NCBI RefSeq assembly: GCF_018977255.1
Contig: NW_024704742.1
Coordinates: forward strand, 82,896,001 to 82,960,000
Reading direction: 5' to 3'
Source of the DNA: Callorhinchus milii
Lineage: Eukaryota
DNA length: 64,000 nt
Below, piece after piece: positions 1 to 10,197 of this stretch (its first letter is position 1; every line of letters begins with the position of its first letter). A model generated the notes under the pieces. It did no database searches, was not told the DNA's origin, and saw only the letters and a list, made by a program, of their open reading frames with translations. A program made the translations under genes and the position numbers.

Positions 1-239
1 TTTTTTTTCCTTGAGGGATTATTATCATTATTTTTATTATCATTATTATTATTTTTCCTTGAGGGAATATAACATTGGGGTATGATGATATAATGGCAGC
101 CCTTAAAACAGGGGCCATCTATGTTGTTTTGTACTTTTTTGGCAATCTGAATATAGTAGTGGCGTAACTTCCACATTGAGGTTTTGATCTCATAGCCATT
201 GCAGCGATGGAGTGCTGCATTATCTGAGATGCTATGTGT

Positions 240-510
240 TCGATGAGATGATTGTTCAAGTGGATGTTAGTGAGCCCATGGTAGTTTCCAGAACCAGAAA
301 GGGAGTTTCGCCCTGTGTTCTGGCCAACAATCCTCCAGAAAAATGACTTGTTCACCTCCTGGCTAATTGAGGGGATATTGCTGTGCACAAATTGCTTGCT
401 GGCATGTCCGTCGACAAAGAGACAGTCACTACATTTAAGAGTAATTACTATAAAGCTCTTTGAGGTATAAAAAGGAACTATATCAAATACAATGATTATT
501 ATTATTATAA
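240..510 (+). mobile_element. Deu-domain SINE fragment (SacSINE1/AmnSINE1-like), degraded
   Basis: gatgagatg...gtggatgttag...cccatgg...ggagttt...tgttctggccaa...ttgctgtgcacaaattg... followed by an (ATT)n tail. Confidence 0.75.
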
Positions 511-3500
511 GTTGATCTGTCAGTGTTCAGTGGTATGGTGAAAGGGCGGGGCATTGGGATTGGAAGATTGGCCAAAATCTAATAAACTGGTGGAACGGGA
601 TTGATGGGCTGAATGGCCTCTTCCGGTTCCTGTCTTCCTATATTCCCAAAATGGCACTCGACTTTTATGTTCCCTCCAGTTGATAGATTGTCAACACTGA
701 TTGTCTGGGCTCGCATATGAAGAACGACAACTGATGCCTGTGGCACTGTGTGTTAGTGTGAGTCAGCACGTTAGAAGTGCTGATACTGGATACATATTTA
801 ATTTTTACTCCCTTACAACCACATACAATGAGGCGGCTTAGCACAAGAAAGGGATTCTTTTATGAACATAACAAAGACCCGAGGGAACATTTTTATTTTT
901 TTCTCTTTATTTTTTGTGTGATGGCATGAGGTGATGAGGGGAGGAGGAAAAGATAATTTTATTTAAAAAAAAAGTGACACCACGTGGCTTCTATCAATAC
1001 TTTTGTCAGTTCCACCCTAATCCCTGAACTGCTGCTGTCTTCAGGAACTGTTTGTGGCTCAGAATGGGATGTTGGGGAAACCTAGTAGATGTGATGAGTA
1101 GCACCGAACAATATCTTGAAAAGATACCTTGCTCTGTCACTTGGCAAGAGAATGGTGTGTGTGTGTGGGGAAAAGAAAATGTGCTTGTGTGCAATTGGCT
1201 GCTACCTTTTGCCCACAAAATACACAGTCAATTCACTTTGCAGTATATCCTGTGAAGGGCTTTGAGACATCTCAATGACGTGATAAGGCGTTATATCAAA
1301 TGCAAGGGTTATTATTATTAAAGAGAGAAAGCTATCATAATATTAATTGTAACAATCATCATGTTTGGAAAAGCACCTATAATATCAAAACATCGGTAAA
1401 GTTTAGTGACTGTATTTATGAGTGAACACGGCAACAAATTTGCATGCAGCAATGTCCTACAAAAAATAATGGAGCAAATGACCAATTTACACAGAGGATT
1501 GTTGGCCAGGAAACCAGGAGAAACTCCCATCTCTATTTGAATAGTGCTGAGGGATCTTTAATATCCACCTGAACAGGCACAGATGGGGTCTTGGTTTATT
1601 GTCTTGATGTAGCATGGCAGAAATAGAGGAAAATGATTAGCTCCAATTTTTTTGAAAGTTTTCGTTTACTATCTGAGAAGAGGATAATTTCAAATGGGAT
1701 TCGTTGGTCCCCATTGTGTGCAAATTTCCAAATGATGCATTAAATAGGATAAGTTAAGACCATGAAATTGAAATGAGGTGCTGTGCAAGTGGATGATGTA
1801 AAGTATTAAAACCGGCAGATATCAGTGTAAATTGCTGAATTAGTAAGTTTCACTTCCATTGGGAATTAAATGTAGAGAGTTTATGCACCACCAGGTTAAC
1901 TTAAATAAATGCGTAGGTGATATTGAGAGCAAAAATCTGACGACAATTATTTTGTGGACACAGTTAGCAGATCTCTTTTCATGTGGTCTTTATACTGAGA
2001 GGAACGGAAAGCACTGGCAGTGCACTGATTGGTCTGGTAATGATTTCACACCACACGCTATTTCTTTCTGTAAATAGTTCGATGTTTATTTTGATTATGT
2101 GCTTACTATATGAGATGGACACTTTATCGATGAAGCAAAACATTGAGAAAATTCTATTTCACAGTGGGTGTGTGTGTGAAAATATTGGCAGGTGGGATCG
2201 CGTCACCACTTATCGGAGTTTTCATGTGCCAGCTTGATGAAATTCAGGATTTTTTTTTTATACTTTGCCAATTTTCTCCCTTCCTAAATGTGACTCCTTT
2301 TCTCTTCTAACGAGGCGCGGTTACATGGGCAATGTCAATCTCTGCTACTTCAAGTCAGAACCTTGGAGAAATGTATGAGATAGTTATAAGAATGCACAAG
2401 ATATCCTAGCTGAGAGCCTGATTCTGTACTCAGTCACACTTGCACACCTCTCGGCAGGATAACATTAAGGAGTGGAATCTCTGGCTGATATTCCCCTCCC
2501 TAAACTTGCTTTTGCCAAGGTCATTTGTAGCATCATTACTGTTGCTTTTGGCTGATATCAGTTCTTTGAGCACAGACCAGAGATTGAATGCAAGGTCCTT
2601 TTCAAGACTCACCTCTTCGACCGTACTTTTGGTTATCTTTCCCCTCCCCACTAACCTCAGCTCCCATTCCTAGCTCGGGAGCCAAGCCAGCATTGTTAAG
2701 CACTTTGGGATGTACTTCCGACATTATAAATGTAAATTTGTATTGAATCAGGGACTCTCCTAGTTCAGCCGAATAAACCAGCTGAGCCATTGGGGAATCA
2801 ATGATCAGGGGAGCAAGTAATCAATGCTCTTCCAACTTCCGTGCTTAATAATCCTTGAATTTGATAAAACCCCTTGTCACATCAGCAAGACACCTCAAAG
2901 TGCTTCATAGGATTTTACTGTGAAGTGTCGTGACTGTGTATTTGTAGGTGAATGAAACATCAATAACTAACTCACATGCAATGAGGATTCTGTACAAGTG
3001 CAGCCCAGCTCAAGCACTGCAGCAAACTGAAGCTAACTAAAAAAATGTTACCTCATGAGTCTATAATTCAAAGTCTGAAACGTCTCTCTAACAAGGTCTC
3101 ACATTTAAGGTGCAAAGTCTTCAGAAGGTCTGCTGCCTTCAATCTGCAAACAACCATCTCCCAAGGGAGCATTAGTGCTCACATCCTGAGCGCTAAATAT
3201 TTTGAGTTCTGCTAATCCTTTGGGAAATGAATGGGGTGAGCTAAGCCTGTATCAGCGAGACAGGTTTATTTATGCGAGCAGTTTTAAACGGTCATTTTTA
3301 ATACAAAACGTTGCTAAGCTGCTGTAAATCTTTTATAAATCCAGCCAGCACTGGCAGGAAGAGAGAGAGAGAAATGCCTCCTGTAACTTAACCGAATAGA
3401 ATCTGCAATTGCAGAATGAAAAAATAACACAATAGAAATTACAAAATAAAATGTATGTAATCCATGTCAGTCTTTCAAATCCTCTTCTTCCTTATTGTAT

Positions 3501-6132
3501 CCCTGTTGGATCTTTGGAAACAATGGAAGCCGCACCTGCTCTTCCACTGCTTTATCTCTGGTCTTGACGTACAATAATGTAATAATGATCCTTGCATTTG
3601 ATGTAGCTCCTTATCAAGTTGTCAAGGTGTCTCAAAGAGTTTCCCAGGATTTTACTGTGAAGGATAGCTGACTGTGTAATTTGTGGGAGAATGCGGGAGG
3701 TGATTTACGCACAGCAATGTCTCACAAACAGCCATGAATTGATTGAACAATTTTTTTTATTTGGAGGATTACATTGAATTATATTTTATTTTGGAGTATT
3801 AATGTACTGTATATAATCCATACTGAACATGATTACAATCCATACTCGTCTCGCCTACAAAATATACAGTCAATTCACTTTACAGTATGTTAAGTGAAGC
3901 GCTTTGAGACCTCTAGAAGACATGAAAAGCGCTATATCAAAATGCAAGGATTTTAAATTTATTATTATTATACTCTACACAGTAATGATCCATACTGTAC
4001 ACAATCCGTATTGTACATGAATGAGATCAATATTGTCCCCAATCCACACAGTTCACAAGCCATAATGTACACAATCACAATCTGTACTATTCTTGATCCA
4101 TACAGATCCATGGGGTCAGCTGTATTCTGCTCAGAACCACCAGAAATCTATGAGAAACACCTTATTGATTCTTTAACTTTTCCCACCAATGGGTACTCTT
4201 CATCACCAGCAACAGAGTATTATCACATCCTTTTTAGTAATTTTCTAGTAGGCATCAATTAGCAGGGATTTTCTGGTCTTTGAAATCCAACAGGTGCTTT
4301 CACTTGGGAACCTGAGAGCACAAGAAAATTAACAGTGGGGAAAAGCTCCTGGGGACTGGTGAGATAAGTCTACTCCTGTCACAAACCATGTGAAATAGAC
4401 CCAATAGTGCACTTCATGTCACCCATCACAAGTGACCATGAGAAATCAAAGATAATTGAATAAAATTCTAAAATATTCCTAAATCCCTGTAGCTCCACTA
4501 TTCACTAATCTCCACCCTGCTCTGTTAGCCACTACTCATAGGATCTCCAATCCCCTCCCAGGGGAGAAATTCCACCTTGAACTAGGCTTTTGATCTCAGC
4601 ACTTCACATCCTGTAGAACGTGGCAAATTCTTTAAGACAGTCTTAAAATGAAAAAGTTTTTCAGTGGGTTCTTTGAAAACAACAGAAATTTGGCTTTAAT
4701 CTGAGACTGTGTTTAGGAATGGGCCAAATTCTTGCCCTTCTGAAATTCTAAGGTAGTAGGTCAAGAGCAAGGTGGACTTTCTGCCCTTCCCAAGCAGTAC
4801 AGAAATCCCTGTGTCTTGTGTAGGATTTGTCTATTTTAGGCTTTCCAAATACTCCTCTATTTTGTTGCCACACAAAAGTGTTGACCAACAAAATGTAACA
4901 GATCTTTTCCTTTCAAACACAACACAGTGCTTGAAATGCCCGAAGCTCACTGTGTAAAATCAATGAGAATCTGATAGAAGGTACCAAATGCCTCCGCAAA
5001 TCTCCAAGTTCAGATGAAGCCAAAACACATGAATGCTTGTATCCCCTGCACTGTAAGATCGATCTGCATTAAAATACCTACTTAGAACCAAATTTTTTGA
5101 AACTGTAATATAACTAGTATGGTTATGGTAATCTGGAAAGTAATATTTCAGTGGCAGAGGTGACTCACAGCAACACAGAGAGATCACTCGTACCCTTGTT
5201 ATAGATTCATGAAACCTTAGCTGCAACTGGCAGGTGGCTCAGTGGAAATGGGACATTGTTAGGAGGGAAAGGGGTATTATGGAAATGTACGTTACATGAG
5301 ATCTAAACTCTCGATGTGCCCACAGACTAGCAAGGGATGCTGATGCTTTGATCTATTTTCTCACTTGTATTATCCTGCCTTTTCTTTGCTCGCTTTTTCG
5401 CTTTTGATCTTCGTCTGTTTGCTCTCTGTACACCTGTTACGTTCATCATAAAATAAAGCAATTCTGCTCATTTCAGGAAGTGAAGGCAGGTGGGGAAAGT
5501 GGGCACAGGTTCAGGGATAGTTAGGGCACTGAGAATGTATTTAAGAAACTGCTTGATGCGGCCACTGGAAAGTATTTCTTCACCCAGAGCTAGATAGGGT
5601 TATCAGGCCCGCTTCACAGGTGATGGGTTAGTTGGCACCTTTGCTGTGACTCAGTATCCCTGTTGTTAGCCCAAGGTCAGGCTGCTGCAGGTTTGATTTG
5701 ATTTGTGGCTCTGATTGTGCCCCTCTACTTGAGCATAGAACACCATCGCATTGACCAATCTTTGGCAATAACATCTTGGCAAAAATAAATGATTGTGAAA
5801 AATTGTCTCCGAGTATCGAGGGCGACAAGCTCGGCATTAATTCTGGGAACGTTGATTTGGGCACGTCAGGAGCAGAAATAACATATCGCCTGCTACGTGG
5901 GTGTCCCTGGCACTGATTCAGGACCCCCGCCTCTTGCAGACTTTGCTCAGATCTCTCTTCCGTCGTGCTCTGCGCTCTATGTGTCACCCATGGAACAGCG
6001 GAATAGAGAATGTGAAGCATCATCTGGCCTCTCAGTGCTCGCAGGGACGTAAATTGAGTCTGACAGAATTGAACCTGGGTGTCATTTACTGCCTTGCCAT
6101 GATCATGAGGGATGAAGGAAAATGGAGAGAAT

Positions 6133-6159
6133 GGGGGGGGGGGGGGTGGGGCGAGGGGG
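6133..6159 (+). repeat. G-rich tract (G14-T-G4-CGA-G5), potential G-quadruplex
   Basis: Directly seen G runs. Confidence 0.7.
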
Positions 6160-6598
6160 CTGGTAAGCAGAAAGGACCCTGAAGAGCAAGGGAAGAGTGA
6201 CTGTGCCTTGTGTGCTGTGTCACAGGCTGTGATCTTTAGAGGGCCAGAGGATTCCATCACTGGCTGAGCGGGAGATTGGCTGCGGCGGTCAAAGTTTAAA
6301 CAGCCGATTGTGATTTGTTTTAAAAAAGAAATTTTTTTATATAGTTTTTTCTCTCCCTGTCTCTCTCTGCTTTCGGGCTCATGTTACGCGATGAGCTTTT
6401 CATGTCTGCCTGGAAGCTACAAAGGCACCTCCGGCAGGATCATAATTTACATGGTGTAATGATGTCCTTTTTAATCTGCTTTGTGTGTGCACGCTCTCGA
6501 CACTGACTGCTGCATTCGCGACGATTAATGAATGAGCAGATTCGAACATCAGCTCTTCTGGAAATGTGACAGAGGTGGACTAAAGTCTCTAACGTCTC

Positions 6599-6616
6599 TG
6601 TGTGTGTGTGTGTGTG
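6599..6616 (+). repeat. (TG)9 microsatellite abutting the 3' splice site
   Basis: Directly seen; followed by ctttctcacag. Confidence 0.95.
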
Positions 6617-6627
6617 CTTTCTCACAG

Positions 6628-6795
6628 GTTCTGAACGTATCGCATTCACAGTTGCAGACTGCACTCGCTCGAAGCAGCTTGTAAGCCAGTGAGAACGAGG
6701 CTGCCAAAGAATGCTGTTGCCAAGCTGTCGAACGATGCCCACAGTCAGACCACTGGTGGTGCTCCTGTGCTTCTTGCTATGTGCTGATGCTGAGA
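6628..6795 (+). other. PTPRD: First coding exon (5'UTR part + signal peptide) of a LAR-family receptor PTP, probably PTPRD
   Basis: Seen: acceptor ctttctcacag|GTTC at 6627/6628, donor GAGA|gtaagt at 6795/6796, length 168 bp. Recalled, not checked: the human PTPRD start-codon exon is about 167 bp (c.-103 to c.64), also ends GATGCTGAGA| in phase 1, and has CCAAGCTG shortly before the ATG, as here. Confidence 0.8.
6711..6795 (+). CDS. PTPRD: Signal-peptide coding segment MLLPSCRTMPTVRPLVVLLCFLLCADAE+1 nt (ATG 6711 or in-frame ATG 6735); partial CDS with phase-1 intron
   Basis: Seen: open frame with a basic residue, hydrophobic core LVVLLCFLL and an A-D-A cleavage motif, ending at a consensus donor. 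Recalled: human PTPRD begins [21 protein letters not shown]|TPPRF, with the same DAE ending and intron phase. Too short for the ORF track. Confidence 0.8.
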
Positions 6796-6960
6796 GTAAG
6801 TCCACTTCCAAAGAGTGAATATGTTTAATTTAACATTGACACCAACCATCGCCTCAACACCCACACAATACACACATGCCCACGCACACGTATACCATGT
6901 ATCAAACCTATTGCAGAACAAGTAGCAGTAGCTTTGTTTTTACTAGATTTTCATGTTATT

Positions 6961-7009
6961 CCCTGCCTCCCCCTCCCCGGTCCCCCTCCTCCCCCCCTCC
7001 CCCCCCCCC
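6961..7009 (-). repeat. C-rich tract (G-quadruplex potential on the minus strand)
   Basis: Multiple runs of 4 or more C, directly seen. Confidence 0.7.
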
Positions 7010-8469
7010 GTGCTCCTTTTATTATGTTGCTATTATGAGAAAGTAATGATCATCACTGTGACCATATTGCACACCGCTCCTGACTCTGTGATGCTGGCAC
7101 CAGCCCTCCAGTTAACAGCAGGGTTGCCTCGGCTCAGCACAAATGCTGCTGTTTCCCACCCGACTGCAACATCCGGAACACGGCCCTCAAGGGCTGGAGG
7201 AGGACCATGAGAAGGTGTCCACGGCACCAGCTGACAACAGGCGGTCTTCATTAAACTGCTGCTCCGCCAATATAACACGCACCGTTCTTGCCGCTTGTTG
7301 GAAGATTTCTTTTAAAGAATTACTTGCTCGAGAAAGCTTCCTTCCTGTCGAAGCACCTCACAGTGACCATATGCATTGGCATCAGATGGCATTCACTGTT
7401 CCATTGCGCCATCTGCACTCCTACTGTCATGTCTTGAATGCCAAGAGTACTGGTCTCGATCCAGAAAATCAGTGTGAATCTAAGCCTCTCTCTCGATGCA
7501 GTCGTATTTCGTCCTTGCGCATAGTTTTGTTGAAGCCGTTTAATTGTTGCCTAATAAACAAAATTGCATGTTTCATTGAAAAATAAGTCACAAGGACAGG
7601 AAGGAGGCGGTGCCTGCAGCCTGTCATATATATCGTGCATCATACCTTGCACTTTGCAGTTTTATGTTTAACAGAGTAAAAGGGCTGATACCTGCCCGCT
7701 GACATACCGTGTGTTGAATTACCCAGTGCGCATGCCTTTCTAGGTGTGACGTCTATCAAGGACGCTGTACCTCTCACACAGCCTGACGTGAGACCCGCAT
7801 TACACAGACACTGCCACACAAGGAGAGAGGATCGGTGACCGTGCCTGTAAACAGCACAGTTCACTGTAAATACCAACGCCCTTCACAGATTCAGGAAGTT
7901 ATATTCTGGTACATTGTGATTATTAATGTACAATTACATTTCTTTCGCCTCTTCCCCTGAACAAGATAACCATCAAGTAGAGATTACAGCTCACAGATAG
8001 AGAGACGGGCCTCTCAGGGTAAAGGCCTGATGTTTCAATTGTGGCAGCCTGCGACTCTGAGCAATTATACGCTTGACATGCAATGTCTGAACAAGCTTTA
8101 CTAAACTGGTGTTCTGGACAGGACCATCCAACTCGAAAACTCCCCGATGTGAACATACACCATAGTGCGCGTTACACCTGATAGGTTGCTACTTGCTTAG
8201 TGGTCAGTTAAATGCTGTGCAACTATCTATGTAAATCAGTTGTTGGTCTGCGATATGTGGTGACAGCCTTGCCACTGAAGAGCCAGTTGGAAGTTGATGT
8301 TAGCACCACTGTTACCCTATAAACAAAGGCAGCTCAGTCTCTTCAGTGTGGATATTGGGTATTATTTGTTCAGATGTAGCATCGTTTGAAATGTGTATTG
8401 GCTTGTTTTACCCTTACAAGGAAAGAAAAATTAAGGGATTCATTAATAGAGACTCAAGAGCCACTTAAG

Positions 8470-8708
8470 CCACTCTGCCCCTACCCTCTGGAACTCCATC
8501 CCGCAGTCCCCCCCGCCTCACCCTCTCCCTTGCCTGGTTCAAGACCCATCTCAAGACCCTCTTTGACCGTGCCTTCGGTCACCATCCTTCCCCCCGCCCT
8601 CCAACCTCCTGACCCCCAGCTTGGGTCCGAAACTCTGATTGTCCAGCGCCTTGGGAAGTCCTCCCAAAGTGAAAGGCGCCATACAAATTAATTTTATTGT
8701 TGTTGTTG
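8470..8708 (+). mobile_element. L2-clade LINE 3' end fragment
   Basis: ORF2 terminus (ctctggaactcc...ttcaagacccatctcaagacc), 3'UTR stem-loop and (TTG)n tail; matches the 3' end of 36180-37466. Confidence 0.85.
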
Positions 8709-9779
8709 TAGAGAGAAAGGAGTTGAGTTTCTTCAGATGTCGTGGCTAAGAATCCTCCACTTCATGGCTGGTTTGTGAGACGTTGCTGTGTGCAAATTGC
8801 CTACCGCGTTTGTCTACAGATAGACAGTCACTACGCTTCACAGGAATTCCTATGAAACGCTTTGAGATGTCCTCCCTGCAGGAAAGGCGCTATACTAAAT
8901 GGAAGAATTATTATTAATAGTTATAATAATAATTCTCCAGTAACCACAGTATATCATGGCTAAGTTGCTGGATGGTCACTATCTCCGGGTTTCGGAGCAG
9001 GCACCACAAGTCGGTTGTGCCATAATGCCTGCTGGGATCAGATAGGATTTTCAGTTAGACACTGAGTCCATATTAATGATGCCTGATGGGAACCACTGTT
9101 TTTTTGACCCACATGCAGAACATGTTGGCAGTAACTTAAACACAGAGCAGAGTTGTATATCTCGATGTGCCTTATCTCGTCAAACAATCATAAAGTGCTT
9201 CACTCTGAATGCGGTGAAATGCAGCAACTGCTTGTGAGGGCAAACAAACTGGGTATTTGCACCAGCAAGATCCCAGAATTAGCCGATTGGTGTTACCTGG
9301 GGTTTGTCGAGCAGGACACTAGAAGAAACTCCCTGCTCTCTTTTGAGGAAAACAGCTTATCATCATGAAATGTAAGAGCTGCTTCTTAGAATGTCATTGC
9401 AAGTGAGCGCTGTGTACATTAGCTGCTGCATGTTAGACTGGATGGGTTGTTGCGAGGTACAAGTGTGAGACAGAGAGAAACACTTCGAGTGGTTGGACTT
9501 CTGACAGCTGAAATCAATACAGCTGATGTGATATTTTCTCATAATATACTGCATGAATTGATGTTTCACTTCAGTGGACTTGCTACAACTGAATTTGCGT
9601 GCTATAAATTATATGAATTATATGCCTGTCTGTAATTCGATTAGTAGTTTCGGCTGGCCGGGATGGGGAGGATAATTCCACACCTCTCAAAATCAAAAAT
9701 TGGTTGTTTAAGACTGTTCTGTGTAATGTGACCCTGGTTCCACATATACTATCTAGTCATTCTTGTATCTCTTCAAGGA

Positions 9780-10197
9780 GAGCATGGTTACAAGCTAGGG
9801 CTCTTCAGTTTTGAGAGAAGACAACTCAGAAGGAACCTCATAGAGGTGCACAACATTTTAAATGTAATTTTAAAAGTAAACCAAGATCAACACTTTAGGA
9901 TGCAACATCAACAACTTGCATTTCTATAGCACCCTTCATGCAGGGCAGAGTCTCAGAGCATTTATGACAGTACAACCAGGACAAAGGACTTAAGTTTAAA
10001 GTTGTAAAGGGTAAATTGAGGATAGATACTGGGATTTTTCTTTATGCAGAGGAACAGGTTGCCAGGAAAGGTAGTAGCGGACAGGACACTGGACTCATTT
10101 AAAAAAACAGCTTGATGCAGTGCAGGGTGAATGTTCTGGAGGGCTGAGATTGGATGTGCCTAAGGGTCTTCTTCATCCAGTCCCATCTTGTGATCTG
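9780..10197 (+). mobile_element. CR1 LINE 3' fragment, interrupted by a short L2/SINE tail (about 9904-9960, minus)
   Basis: Degenerate LGLFSLE.R.LRG.LIEV..IL motif; 3' end gggtcttcttcatcc...cttgtgatct. Confidence 0.75.

Noticed and set aside
5628..6260. 210-aa minus-strand ORF
   Set aside because: Non-ATG start, no recognisable domain, and the poly-Pro comes from the G tract.
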